Counted from the stretch's first letter, positions 21,853 through 35,528 are shown. The stretch: 64,000 nt of DNA from Macrostomum lignano (GCA_002269645.1 NIVC01001946.1:1-64000); one strand, 5' to 3'. Made by a program: numbers and translations. Notes: generated from the sequence alone by a model not told the origin.

Positions 21853-22603
21853 CAACTTTTGGCAAAGACTCGGTAAACACTCAATAGAACTGTGGGCAGA
21901 GCTTTCAGCTAACCATGCATGCAGCAGGGCTATTGTTAATTAAATAAAATCACGAGCGAGCCTTTTGGGGACAGAGCTGCAGAGGGCGTGTGTTTGCAAT
22001 GAAAACAGAACTTGGCTGGAATATGGACACGGCAGCCTGGGAACCTGCTGGGCACCTGCCAGTATATGCTATATATGAATTGTTAAATATTTACCTCAAC
22101 ACTCCGTGTTATATTTTCTCTCCTAAACCTTACTAGCATAGGAAATTGTTAGCATAGAAAACATTTGCTACAGTTAAAACAAAGGCCTGTTTTTAGACAT
22201 GTCATAGACAGCTATTGCATATCAGCATATTCGGCCATAAATCGATAGACACAATCGAGTTTATTGATCAAGCAAGCACTGTCAAAACACAACACAAAAA
22301 TGCCTGCGCACACATGATTGGTCTGTTAAAATCAGGTATAAATGCCGAGCTAAGAGTAGAGAAAGCGAAAACTGTATGATCGGAAGGAATGTTCGATTTA
22401 AGATGTTTTATGGTTAGATCGAGCTAGAAGATTTTAGAATTTTATCTGCATTCCAATCAAATACACACTTGCAATCGCTATATTCTTATAGTGTTCCAGT
22501 GCGCCAACCAATGTCATACGGTTAGTGTCGCAGCGTCCTTGGTATTGAAACTAGAATCGAACTGAACTGAAAGTTTTACTCTATATCGGGAGAAGCTCCC
22601 AGA

Positions 22604-25288
22604 TCACAGATTCGGGGTTGCTACGCCGACAGCTTTCAAAGAATCCTCCAGCGCTGCCAGAACCCGTTCGGCCACGGCCTCCGTGGCGTTGAGGCCCATC
22701 AGGCCGATGCGCCACACCTGGCCTGCGGTGGGGCCGAGACCGCCAGCGATCTCTACGGAGTGTCTGGCGGTTGGCAGGTGCGGGATAATCGTAGTGATTT
22801 ATTACTTTAATAATGAGACACCCAGAGTGATAGAGGTTCAGGTCATCAAAATATATCAATCAAATATAGCAACTGAGGATCTGGGAGGCTGGCCCAGCAA
22901 CTGAGGATCTGGGAGGCTGGCCCAGCAACTGAGGATCTGGGAGGCTGGCCTAGCAACTGAGAATCTGGGAGGCTGGTGCAGCAACTGGGGATCTGAGAGC
23001 CTGGCCCAGAAACTGAAGATCTGAGAGCCTGGCCTAGCAACTGGGGATCTGGGAGGCTGGCAACAACAACTGGGGATGTAAAAAGGCGGCGCTACTATAC
23101 ACAAACTAAAGAAAGCGCTCACTTGGCCATCGCGTGCTGAACAACAGCCTTCCAATCAACGCCCTCCGGCACAGCTATTGTGGTAACGGTTGGCGCCCGG
23201 TCCTGCGGTTTCGACACGAACAGCCGCTGCCCGAGGCGACCTTGGAGTCCGGCGCGTAGCTTGTCAGCGGCGCGCTCGTGTCGCTCCCACGCGGCTGGCA
23301 GGCCTTCGACGGCCACTAAGCGTAGCGCTTCGCGGGCGGCGTACACCAGACTGATCGGCGCCGTGTGGTGGTAGCGCCTGGCCGACACGGGCTGGTCAGG
23401 CGGCTCGGTGGTGCGGCAGCCCCAGTAGTTTGCCAGCTGGCTCGCGTCCAGGTAGAACGAAGGCGGCGGCACCTTGCGGCTGAGGATCTGCGGTTGAAGC
23501 CATTTAAGTTATACGGATGGTTGCTTAACTGATAACAAGTCTCAGAGTCTTAATCACATCGTTGTGTCCCAACGCCTTCCTAATGTCTTAGTGTCCTAAT
23601 GCTTGAGAGTCCTAATGCCTTTGTGTCCCAGTGCCTTAGTATCCCAATGCCTGAGTGTCCTAATGTCTGAGTTTCCTAGTCTTAGTGTCCTAATGTCTTT
23701 GTGTACCAATGCCATACGAGTAGTATCCCAATGCCTGAGTGTCCTAATGTCTTTGTGTCACAATGCCTTAGTATTCCAATGCCTAAGTGTCCTAATGTCT
23801 TTGTGTCCCAATGCCTTAGTATCCCAATGCCTGAGTGTCCTAATGTATTTGTGTCACAATGCCTTAGTATTCCAATGCCTGAGTGTCCTAATGTCTGTTT
23901 CCTTAGTCTCAGTGTTCCAATGCCTTAGTATTCCAATGCCTGAGTGTCCTAATGTCTTAACTGCCTTTAATCATAATGTCTTAGTGTCCTAATGCCATAG
24001 CATATCTTAGTGTCTTAGCGCCTTAGGTTGCCATTATCTTAACGTATTAACTTATTAGTGACTTAATGTTCTAATGTTCTAGTGACTACTTAGTTACTAC
24101 TTACTGCTTACCGTTAAGGCAAAAAAACCACAAATCGCCTCGAAGTCAATATCGAAAACCCAAATCAAAGTAACTTGCATTGTCATTAGTGTCTTATGCT
24201 GTTCTGTTTTAGCACTTTACTATATATTAACGTATGGCTCCGTAATGCTATATTGTGTAAATAGCATAGTGTGCGAATCGAATAGAGTTTCAATTCCATC
24301 ATGTCGTAATATCCAAATGTATCGATGCTTTAGTGCTCTCATGTCATATAGTATCAATTTCACAACTATATTGATTGGGCTAATATCCAATAGTGTCTTA
24401 TGGCATCATGGCTTAGTTATAGTGTCTATTGAGAATAGTCAATATTCTTTTTGCTTAATGTCTAAGTGTCTGAATTTCTAACCTTCCTCCTAGCAGCCTC
24501 CGAGAAGGAGATTAGCCCCAGGCCGGGCGTGCAGCCCAGGCACTTCTGACTCCCGGTGTACACGCAGTCGATCAGCCAATCGTCAGTGAGCAGCGGAGCT
24601 CCTCCGGCAGCGGCAACGGAGTCTACAAGCAGCAGGGCGCCATGCTTGCGGCAGACGCCGCCCAGGTGTTCGAGAGGCTGCAGCGTGCCGGTGCTGCTTT
24701 CTCCGTGAACAACGAAGACAACGCTGGGCCTGTGCTGCTGAAGGGCCGACTCCAGCTGCTCGGGGGTGAACACGCTGCCAGGAGGCTGCGACAGCAGGAC
24801 AGGTTTCAGCGACAGGCGGCGGGACAGTTCAGCGAACCTGTCGCCCCAGATGCCGTTGCGACAGACTAAGACGGTTTCACCTGGCTCCAGGAGGTTCATG
24901 CAGGCCGCCTCCATGGCGCAGTGGCCTGGGTAGAAACCGGGTGTCTGTCTGTCTGTCTGTCTGTGTTTGTGTGTCTGTCTGTCTGTGTGTCTGTCTGTCT
25001 GCCCTGTGTGTCCGTCTGTCTGTCTGTCTGTCTGTGCCTGTCTGTTTGTCTGTTTTGTCTGTCTGTCCGTCTGCCTGTCTGTTTGCCTGTGTGTCTGTGT
25101 GTTTGTGTGTCTGTCTGTCTGCCCTGTGTGTCTGTCTGTCTGTCTGTGTGTCTGTCTGTGTGTCCGTCTGTCTGTGTGTCTGTCTGTCTGTGTGTCTGTC
25201 TGTCTGTCTGTGTGTCTGTCTGTGTGTCCGTCTGTCTGTGTGTCTGTCTGTCTGTCTGTGTGTCTGTCTGTGTGTCCGTCTGTCTGTG

Positions 25289-25319
<31 letters not shown>

Positions 25320-25977
25320 GTGTCAGTCTGTCTGCCCTGTGTGTCCGTCTGTCTGTCTGTGCCTGTCTGTTTATCTGTTTTTTCTTTCTGTCTGTCTGTC
25401 TGTCTGTCTGCCTGTCTGAGTGAGTATCTGTCCAGAAAGCAGTCTTACCAGTTCCAGAGATAGCAAAACTCCAATCGTTGTTGGTTTGAAAGAAATATCG
25501 AATTCCATCTTTCACGTCGTCCATTATCTGTGGCGTGGCAGATTAACGGCGGAAATAAGCATAAGAAACGCTCCTGACCTGATATGCTTCTAATAAAAAT
25601 ACTAAAAAACTCACTGTCCTTGCACCTGCTCAACATCTCCCTCAGTTCCTGTCTACTTTACTTCCCAGTTCCTGGTCACTCTCTCATTTACATGTAGTTC
25701 TTAGTCAGTTTCTCCTTCAGTCTCAAGTCACTCTTCTTCAGTCCCTACTCACTCTCTCATTTAGTTATGAGTCACTATAAAAAAACTGCCTAAAACGCAA
25801 AGGTACCTTGGTGAACTCAGGATGCAGATGTCCAAGCAGCGGTGCGGACAGGGCGGTAGACACTTCCGGGTGTTGATTAGACGGACCGGGACCCGTGAGC
25901 AATTTGTTGGGAATGCTCAAAGGGTTGAGCAGGCCTGCTGCCGCTCGAACCGTAAGATTTGGTAGTCGACAAGTCAT
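22604..25977 (-). CDS. AGXT: Alanine-glyoxylate / serine-pyruvate aminotransferase (class V PLP enzyme), 5 exons, 405 aa
   Basis: Exons 25977-25807, 25527-25449, 24925-24483, 23487-23123, 22763-22604; all introns GT-AG and phases consistent (1218 nt). Motifs [46 protein letters not shown] (PLP Lys), [21 protein letters not shown]. Confidence 0.96.
22865..23077. repeat. 28-bp minisatellite in AGXT intron 4
   Basis: Unit agcaactgaggatctgggaggctggccc, about 7 copies. Confidence 0.9.
23570..24010. repeat. 48-bp (3x16-bp) minisatellite in AGXT intron 3
   Basis: Subunits cctaatgtctttgtgt / cccaatgccttagtat / cccaatgcctgagtgt. Confidence 0.88.
24941..25420. repeat. Compound (TGTC)n/(TG)n microsatellite filling AGXT intron 2
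   Basis: About 480 bp of tgtc/tgtg runs between the exon boundaries at 24925 and 25449. Confidence 0.95.
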
Positions 25978-26389
25978 TTTGATTCAATAGAGCAGCATGC
26001 AAGAGAAATAATAATTACTTATTGTATTTATTGCTTTTTTAGCCCGATTTGTTTATATATAGACAATTAAATAAACAACAAGGGATACACAAATTAGATC
26101 TTCCTAACGCTATCTGAGTCATAGTAGCTTGTATTCGTATATCACACTCATTGTTATCACCGTCATTGTTATAATGCATATGCATAACAGTGGATAATAA
26201 ATCTTAGGCAGTACTACGTTTGCTAACCCAAATGGGATCATTAGGGATATTTTGTGAGCCACAAACTCCAATGTAACCCTGAGACTTATGGGAACAAAAC
26301 ATACGAATTTTTTAGAGAAGACGAGACTAACTAAATTTATGAAGTGTTATGAAAGCGTAGCATCAAAACGTAGCATGAGCTGGACAGAA

Positions 26390-28450
26390 TGAGAAACAGA
26401 GTAAATTGAGCAGAGGGGGTGGAGCGCGCGACTGAGGAGAGGCCAGATCTAAGAACCAATCAGAAGGCAGTGAGGGAGAGAGATAAGAATAACCAGACTG
26501 AACTGGACAGAGAGAGAGAGAAAACAGAGTAAAGTGTGCCGAGGGAGGCTAGCGCGCGACTGGGGGAATGAGGCAAGATTGAAGAGCCAATCAGAAGGCA
26601 GTGAGGGAGAGATAAGAATAACCAGACTGAACTGGACAGAGAGAGAGAGAAAACAGAGTAAAGTGTGCCGAGGGAGGCTAGCGCGCGACTGAGGAGAGGC
26701 CAGATCTAAGAACCAATCAGAAGGCAGTGAGGGAGAGAGATAAGAATAACCAGACTGAACTGGACAGAGAGAGAGAGAAAAAACAGAGTAAAGTGTGCCG
26801 AGGGAGGCTAGCGCGCGACTGGGGGAATGAGGCAAGATTGAAGAGCCAATCAGAAGGCAGTGAGGGAGAGATAAGAATAACCAGACTGAACTGGACAGAG
26901 AGAGAGAGAAAACAGAGTAAAGTGTGCCGAGGGAGGCTAGCGCGCGACTGGGGGAATGAGGCAAGATTGAAGAGCCAATCAGAAGGCAGTGAGGGAGAGA
27001 TAAGAATAACCAGACTGAACTGGACAGAGAGAGAGAAAAAACAGAGTAAAGTGTGCCGAGGGAGGCTAGCGCGCGACTGGGGGAATGAGGCAAGATTGAA
27101 GAGCCAATCAGAAGGCAGTGAGGGAGAGATAAGAATAACCAGACTGAACTGGACAGAGAGAGAGAGAAAACAGAGTAAAGTGTGCCGAGGGAGGCTAGCG
27201 CGCGACTGGGGGAATGAGGCAAGATTGAAGAGCCAATCAGAAGGCAGTGAGGGAGAGATAAGAATAACCAGACTGAACTGGACAGAGAGAGAGAAAACAG
27301 AGTAAAGTGTGCCGAGGGAGGCTAGCGCGCGACTGGGGGAATGAGGCAAGATTGAAGAGCCAATCAGAAGGCAGTGAGGGAGAGATAAGAATAACCAGAC
27401 TGAACTGGACAGAGAGAGAGAGAAAAAACAGAGTAAAGTGTGCCGAGGGAGGCTAGCGCGCGACTGGGGGAATGAGGCAAGATTGAAGAGCCAATCAGAA
27501 GGCAGTGAGGGAGAGATAAGAATAACCAGACTGAACTGGACACAGAGAGAGAGAAAACAGAGTAAAGTGTGCCGAGGGAGGCTAGCGCGCGACTGGGGGA
27601 ATGAGGCAAGATTGAAGAGCCAATCAGAAGGCAGTGAGGGAGAGATAAGAATAACCAGACTGAACTGGACACAGAGAGAGAGAAAACAGAGTAAAGTGTG
27701 CCGAGGGAGGCTAGCGCGCGACTGGGGGAATGAGGCAAGATTGAAGAGCCAATCAGAAGGCAGTGAGGGAGAGATAAGAATAACCAGACTGAACTGGACA
27801 CAGAGAGAGAGAAAACAGAGTAAAGTGTGCCGAGGGAGGCTAGCGCGCGACTGGGGGAATGAGGCAAGATTGAAGAGCCAATCAGAAGGCAGTGAGGGAG
27901 AGATAAGAATAACCAGACTGAACTGGACAGAGAGAGAGAGAAAACAGAGTAAAGTGTGCCGAGGGAGGCTAGCGCGCGACTGGGGGAATGAGGCAAGATT
28001 GAAGAGCCAATCAGAAGGCAGTGAGGGAGAGATAAGAATAACCAGACTGAACTGGACAGAGAGAGAGAGAAAACAGAGTAAAGTGTGCCGAGGGAGGCTA
28101 GCGCGCGACTGGGGAATGAGGCAAGATTGAAGAGCCAATCAGAAGGCAGTGAGGGAGAGATAAGAATAACCAGACTGAACTGGACAGAGAGAGAGAGAAA
28201 ACAGAGTAAAGTGTGCCGAGGGAGGCTAGCGCGCGACTGGGGGAATGAGGCAAGATTGAAGAGCCAATCAGAAGGCAGTGAGGGAGAGATAAGAATAACC
28301 AGACTGAACTGGACAGAGAGAGAGAAAACAGAGTAAACAGAGCCAAGGGGGTGGAGCGCGCGACCGAGGGAATGAGGCGATTAAAGAGCCAATCAGAAGG
28401 CAGTGAGGGAGAGAGATAAAAAGACCGAACTGTACAGAGGGGGAGAAAAT
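26390..28450. repeat. ~129-bp tandem repeat, about 16 copies, upstream of AGXT
   Basis: The gcgcgcg marker recurs at 26424, 26552, 26681, 26811, 26940 and onward. Units differ mainly in the length of an internal (GA)n run. Confidence 0.95.
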
Positions 28451-29461
28451 AGAGTAAACAGAGACGAGGGCAAATGAACTATGACTAACATAGTTCGAGA
28501 AACTCGACCTAGCTCGTATTAAAGCTACGAGAAAAATTGAAAAAAAGAACTGCAATATTTTCCTGACTTTGAAACTGAAGTAAATTCAAGGCATTTATTG
28601 TAATTAACAGCGATTAAATCATTTTAATATGACAAAATATATTTATAGCTTGAGTTAAGTGTTGATAAAGAAAATAATTAATAATTACAACTACTTTACT
28701 ACAAGTAGTATAGTTTTAATTTGAAAAGGTACAAAAAATGTGCATTTGAAAACATGACTCGGGAGCTGGATAACGAATGGTTAATTACTTTATAAACGCG
28801 AGATAAAATGCAATATGTATTAGAAATAAAAATAATACCATTCATTACTATTGGTTGCTCCAATGGCATAAGAAATGGTTAAGTTTACAGTGTTTTATGT
28901 GTATGAATTTTAGGTGTATTCGGTTAGATTCTTAGAAAAAGCTTTAAGACCACAGATACTAGAATAACTAGATGGGCCACTCAGCACATTTGCGTGTAAG
29001 CTACTGTCAGTTCAGTAGTAAATTAAACAAAAACATTTTAATGTAATTTTAAAGCCAAGGCTTATTTATTGGCTTCTCACCTCCAGCCTAAACCGCCTTT
29101 CCTTACTCCCCCCGCCCCGCCCCAATTTTTATTGCCTTTCTCGGAATTCCAGCGTAAAGCTACCATGTACATTTCAGTGGACTGGCTAAATGTACATTAT
29201 TGCTGAACTAATTAGCACTTTGTTTACGCCTGCTAGCTTGGGGTTTCTTAACTTATCAAAGTCATTTTAGCTGTCTTATTAATAAAACAGCTTATGTATT
29301 CTTTGCTACTGAACTGAAAGTAGAAAGCTATTTTTCTAAGTATATATGCTTGTGTGGCTCATCTAGTTATTTTAGAATCTGTGAATAAGACTATTGGGGG
29401 TTTAAGAAATATGCTGAAGTTAAAATTACAATATTGAAATGTCACAGTTCTTGAGAAATAG

Positions 29462-32400
29462 TTAGCCTGGCACACTCACCCTATAGTCCAGTCGAACTTT
29501 CATATGCCGCCTGACAATATCGGCGTACAGAGACCGACCAACAAGCCCATATCCAGTCGCTAACAAGCCTTCAATCAGGTCGTCATAGCAACCAATCTTA
29601 GTTGGCACGCTAAGCAGATCTAAGCCGAGCTCCAATCCCATGCCGGGATCGCCTTCGTCGTTAGCGAATTGAACCAGAGTGACCAGCTCGTCCACTGGTT
29701 CCAGCAGAGTCAGGCGAGTCTGCTTATCAGACTCCGAGTCGCATTTCGCGGCTATTTGAGTGAGCAGTTTACGCAAGCTGGCATCAGTCTCGGGCAGTTC
29801 TCTGTAGCCTACACCGTCGCTAGATAAGCGAACGCACAGGCCAAGTCCGTTCAAAGTGGGAGCTACAACAGTGTATGACCCGATGGTCTTCTTGGCTCGA
29901 GAACGGCACTTGACAACCTTCGACATTTCGGCGGCCGACGGTACGGGCTGATGACAGAATTTGGCCAGCTTACTGATCAGCTGGTTCTGCTGTTGGATTG
30001 CTTGAGCACTGAGGGACTTCTTACTGCGGTGTTGGGCGTGGAGACTGAAAGGGATTTATTTGAGGCGTGGATATGAGATCTGAGATGTTTCCGAGAAACC
30101 CAGTCCCTGCTTGAGGAATCCCACCCTTGATTGTAGGAAATTCCCATCGCTGATTGTGGGAAATCCCCATCCCGATTTTAGGGAATCCTTGTTGCTGATT
30201 GTAGGGGATCCCCATACTGAAATGTAGCCATTTCCACCGTATGCGTTTAGTACAAAACTCCATCTACGCACTTTCATCTGCTGATTCGCTAAACGCAGGC
30301 TACCATATAGCAGCTTAACATCGCGCTGCATTTCAATGCACGAAAGTACGAAGCAGTCCTTAGACCTCTCTTGGAACCCCCCTTGTACTTCTTACACTCT
30401 AGCCAGCTCGCAGACCCTTTATCCATTTCCTCTACTTCCGACTCACTGGCAAACTAACTAAAGACATTGATAGAAACCAAACCAATCAAACCTACAGTTC
30501 ACACCCGATCGACAAGCAATACAGGCATTAGCCTCGAACACCAGATCAGCCGAGTACCGATAAGTATCGATATATATTCCGTTTCTGATTGCTTCATACT
30601 TCGTATTTAAGAAGCTCACATCCTTTGTATTTACGTGAACTCCATCAGTGATTTAGATTGAAAATATACCTCTCAAGAGAAGGTTTAACACCGCAGGAAA
30701 ACACAGTCGGACTTGCCGCTCATTGTTTAATCTTAGAATACTCGGACGCAGATCCGACAGAGAGCTGAGACAACAATTAAAAGTATTTCAATACATGTAC
30801 CTTATTGTAGGGGATCCCCATACCTTATTGTAAAGAATCCCCATACCTGATTGTAGGGAATCCCCATTCCTGATTGTAGGGGATCCCCATAACCTTATTT
30901 TAGGGAATCCCCATACCTGATTATAGGGGATCCCCATACCTTATTGTAGGGAATCTTTGTTCCTGATTGTAGGGAATCCCCATCCCTGATTGTGGGGAAT
31001 CCCCATCCCTGATTGTAAGGAATCCCCATCCCAGATTGTGGGGAATCCCCATCCCTGATTGTGGGGAATCCCCACCCCAGATTGTGGGGAATCCCCATCC
31101 CTGATTGTGGGGAATCCCCATCCCTGATTGTAGGGAACCATTGTTCCTGATTGTTGGGAATCCTTGTCGCTGATTTTAGGGAATCCCCATTCCTGATTGT
31201 GGGGAATCCCCATTCCTGATAGTAGGAAATCCTTGTTCCTGATTGTAGGGAATCCCCATCCCTGATTGTAGGGAACCATTGTTCCTGATTGTTGGGAATC
31301 CTTGTCGCTGATTTTAGGGAATCCCCATTCCTGATTGTAGGGAATCCCCATCCGTGATTGTAGGGAATCACCATCGCTGATTGTGGGGAATCCCCATCCG
31401 TGATTGTAGGGAATCCCATCGCTGATTGTAGGGAATCCTTGTCGCTGATTTTAGGGAATCCCCATCCGTGATTGTAGGGAATCCTTGTCGCTGATTTTAG
31501 GGAATCCCCATCCGTGATTGTAGGGAATCCCATCGCTGATTGTAGGGAATCCCCATTCCCGAATATAAATCGCCACAAAAAAATCACTCACGCCAGACAG
31601 TACAAAATAGACTCGCCCATCAAGTGAAAGTGGCCATCAACTCTAGCACTATTTGAGGCCAAACAAGCCGGCTCCAATTCTGGCGAATCCCTCACGTAGC
31701 CGATGTGAAACTCTTTCTGATCTGCTTCATTGGCGTCGTCAATAGCAACGAATAGAGTGAGAAACTCAGGTGGATCATGAGCATAGCGACAGTGAGTTAG
31801 CCAATCGTATTCCAGCACAGTTGCTTTATCATTGCTGCTGCTAGCGGCTCCGTAGCAGAGAAGAAAGTCGAACGGGCCGCACGGTTCAATGCCCAGAGGA
31901 CGAAGAGTGGACTTGAACCGGTCGGCTGCGTTTTTGTGGGCACCTGTGCTGCAGACATGTGCAGTGCGATTTTATATCAATATTTATGAACTGTTATGCG
32001 ACTCTGTGTACTTTATGTGACTGAGGTTGAGCAAGAGTGATCGAGATGAATCTAGACTGACTGAGATTAATCAAGAAGAACCGAGATTGATCTAGAGTAA
32101 CTGAGATTGATCTAGAGTGACTGAGATTGATCTAGAGTAACTGAGATTGATCTAGAGTGACTGAGATTGATCTAGAGTAACTGAGATTGATCTAGAGTGA
32201 ATGAGATTGATCTAGAGTAACCGAGATTGATCTAGAGTGAAAGATATTGATCTAGAGTGACTGAGCTTGATATAGAGTGACTGAGATTGATATAGAGTAA
32301 CTGAGATTGATCTAGAGTGACCGAGAATGATCTAGAGTGACCGAGATTGATCTAGAGTGACCGATAATGATCTAGAGTGACTGAGATTGATTAAGAGTGA

Positions 32401-33257
32401 CCGAGATTGATCTAGAGTGAGTGACCGATATTGATCTAGAGTGACTAAGATTGATCTAGAGTTAAAGATATTGATCTAGAGCGACTGAGATTCATATAGT
32501 GACAGCTTGATATAGAGTGACTGAGATTGATATAGTAGTGACAACTTGATATAGAGTGACCGAGATTGATCTAGATGACTGAGATTGATCTAGAGTAACT
32601 GAGATTGATCTAGAGTGACTGAGATTGATCTAGAGTGACTGAGCTTGATATAGAGTGACTGAGATAGATCTAGGGTGACTGAGATAGATATAGGGTGACT
32701 GAGATAGATCTAGGGTGACTAAATAGTGACTGGATGATTCAGAGGTGACTAAGCTTGATCTAGAGTGACTGGATTAATCTAAGAGTGACTAGATGGCTCA
32801 GGATAGTATCTGAGTTCAATCTATAGTGACTGAGGTCATTCAGGGGAGTGACTGAGGTGACTAAGGAAGAGCTGCCCTGAATCATGAGTGACTAACAATC
32901 GTGAAGTTAATAAGCGTTAATGTTTCAAAACCAGTCGGCCAGCCCTCACCCTCCATTAAGCTTATTGGCAGAGCAATCAACATTAATATCGCATTCAGCC
33001 AGGCAGAACTCGAACAGTTTGAGCAGCTCCTGCGGGAAACGGACTCCACCGTATGCGACCTCAAGTGCTTCAACAGCGGCAGAATCAATTGTTGGCAAAT
33101 TGGTCACAGCTATTGGCAGTGGAAACGGCAGAGTACGTGTCCTAATCCTACCACTAGCCCCATCCACATCTCGAGCTGCTCGTTTCGTCGAACCATTCTG
33201 AGCTTCCGCCGAAGAAACGTCACCGGCAGTTGACGGTCTTTTTCGACCGCGCGGCAT
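29462..33257 (-). CDS. HPF1: Histone PARylation factor 1, 3 exons, 415 aa
   Basis: Exons 33257-32950, 31948-31592, 30044-29462; GT-AG, phases consistent (1248 nt). Motifs GPFDFL, HCRYAHDPPEF, FHIGYVRDSP, VGYRELPETD and VQFANDEGDPGMGLELGLDL match HPF1/C4orf27, including the Arg of GYRE and the catalytic Glu of NDE. Confidence 0.93.
30810..31560. repeat. ~23-bp minisatellite in HPF1 intron 2
   Basis: Unit tgattgtagggaatccccatccc with an internal palindrome GGGA-A-TCCC. Stray copies also at ~30080-30215. Confidence 0.92.
32040..32790. repeat. 20-bp minisatellite in HPF1 intron 1
   Basis: Unit gagattgatctagagtgact, more than 30 copies, degenerating at both ends. Confidence 0.92.
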
Positions 33258-33440
33258 TTTTTGTATTGTTTTACTTTATAAACAATAAAAATTATAACTG
33301 AAGAGTATGGCAGTTATAAATCGTTTGAGTAATGAAGCTTTGGTGTTGATTTAAATTACCTAACCACAATAGCCTAGAGTATCCCACAGCTTTTGCGGAT
33401 GCCACGGCCAATTCCTCAGGCAAGCTAATCGGATGTTACA

Positions 33441-34066
33441 CCCTCCCTGAGGTCACTCAGGGACACCACAACCCTCCCTGAGGTCACTCAGGGACACCAC
33501 AACCCTCCCTGAGGTCACTCAGGGGCACCACAACCCTCCCTGAGGTCACTCAGGGGCACCACAACCCTCCCTGAGGTCACTCAGGGGCACCACAACCCTC
33601 CCTGAGGTCACTCAGGGTCACCACAACCCTCCCTGAGGTCACTCAGGGGCACCACAACCCTCCCTGAGGTCACTCAGGGACACCACAACCCTCCCTGAGG
33701 TCACTCAGGGGCACCACAACCCTCCCTGAGGTCACTCAGGGACACCACAACCCTCCCTGAGGTCACTCAGGGGCACCACAACCCTCCCTGAGGTCACTCA
33801 GGGGCACCACAACCCTCCCTGAGGTCACTCAGGGGCACCACAACCCTTCCTAAGGTCACTTTCAGGTGCCACAACCCTTCCTGAGGTCACTTTCAGGTGC
33901 CACAACCCTTCCTAAGGTCACTTTCAGGTGCCACAACCCTTCCTGAGGTCACTTTCAGGTGCCACAACCCTTCCTAAGGTCACTTTCAGGTGCCACAACC
34001 CTTCCTCAGGTCACTTTCAGGGGCGCCACAACCCTTCCTCAGGTCACTTTCAGGGGCGCCACAACC
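33441..34066. repeat. 31-bp tandem repeat with internal hairpin, about 20 copies, between CUL5 and HPF1
   Basis: Unit ccacaaccctccctgaggtcactcaggggca contains the stem CCCTGAG-gtca-CTCAGGG. A variant block lies at 33841-34066. Confidence 0.93.
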
Positions 34067-34723
34067 CGTACTCGCACCACCCTCCCTTAAAGCTCAAAGC
34101 TCACAAAGTTCAAGGGTCACTTCGGCAAGTTTTACTATTTACTTCAACTTTTGATGCTTTTTAAATTAAAAAAATACATTGAGTACCTAGTAAAAAGGCC
34201 AATTAGCAATAAATCTTTTAAAGTCAATTTGTAATTTTTTATTAGCAGATAATTACAGATAAGCAATATGAATAATATTTAAATGATCAATAAAAGTATT
34301 TTATAGAAAAATAATAAGAAGTTTTTAAGAGTGCGGCTCGATACGCACATAGCAGTCAAATATAAAAAGCGACAAAAATTACACTAAAATATTGAGCTTT
34401 TTTGTACACAAAAGCTGGGTAAACGACACTGATGATATATTTTATATCGTGACAAGAAGTTTATTTTTTCACACGAAAAATCCAGCAGGTAAGAGAAAGA
34501 GACTGCCTGGAAGGTGGGGTAGGTTAGCCGTCCGCATAGTATGTGCACATTTTTATGCGGAACAAAAAATTTGTGATGTAAGTGAACAAATAGGGCGTGG
34601 TACACGACTTCTCAAAAAAGTTGATATACAAATTAATTTGAATATTATTTACAAACAACGGGTGAACTACAGTTAAGAAGTATTTCTTGTCACAAATATT
34701 TGCAAAGGTAGTAGATGTAGACA

Positions 34724-35075
34724 TTGGCTAGAGTAGCAATCCGTTCTATTCCTTCATCAATGATGCTGGCTAGATTAGCAATCCATTCTATTCCTTCATT
34801 AATGATGCTGGCTAGATTAGCAATCCATTCTTTTACATTCATCCATGATGTTGGCTAGATTAGCAATCCATTCTATTCCTTCATCTATGATGTTGGCTAG
34901 ATTAGCAATCCATTCTATTACTTTATCAATGTTGTTGGCTAGATTAGCAATCCATTCTTTTACATTCATCCATGATGTTGGCTAGATTAGCAATCCATTC
35001 TATTCCTTCGTCTATGATGTTGGCTAGATTAGCAATCCATTCTATTCCTTCATCCATGATGCTGGCTAGATTAGC
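34724..35075. repeat. 42-bp minisatellite, about 8 copies, inverted relative to the array in CUL5 intron 1
   Basis: Unit ttggctagattagcaatccattctattccttcatccatgatg is the reverse complement of the 43334-43868 unit. Confidence 0.93.
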
Positions 35076-35528
35076 TATTAGCAATTTTACTTTCCATTAA
35101 TAATTACGTGCATTTTAGATTATTTTAACTAGACAAAACAGTAAATAGAAACTGTTGCAAAGTAACTTACACATTTTGTCAGTGATTAGCTGCAACCGCA
35201 GTATGCCTATGAAAGCCATCAAAAATAGAAAGCGGGTGTCAGTCAGTTAAAAAAAGCATGATCATTCTGTAAAACAAGGGACACAAGTTAGAAAGTTCAA
35301 CTGGTTACACTGATAGAGCCAACTGGTTTCCACTTTTTTTAAAATTACGTACTATCATTAGAAAATAGACCGATTTTCATTGAAAAGTGCATAAATTATA
35401 TCACTCGAAGCGGAAAAGACATGATCCGTTTTCTTCATCACTTCAACGTTGCGAAGAAAACGAAAAAAACTGTTAATTGCAATCGGATTTGTCTATTAAA
35501 AAATCTTAACGAAGTGAACGAAATTCCG

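Noticed and set aside
24877-28346. RQTD/VCLS ORFs and the 43-aa repeat ORFs
   Set aside because: Translations of the AGXT intron 2 microsatellite and the 129-bp array; frames break at (GA)n length changes.
33441-34066. CRISPR-like array of palindromic ~31-bp repeats
   Set aside because: Units are head-to-tail with no unique spacers, there are no cas genes, and the context is eukaryotic.
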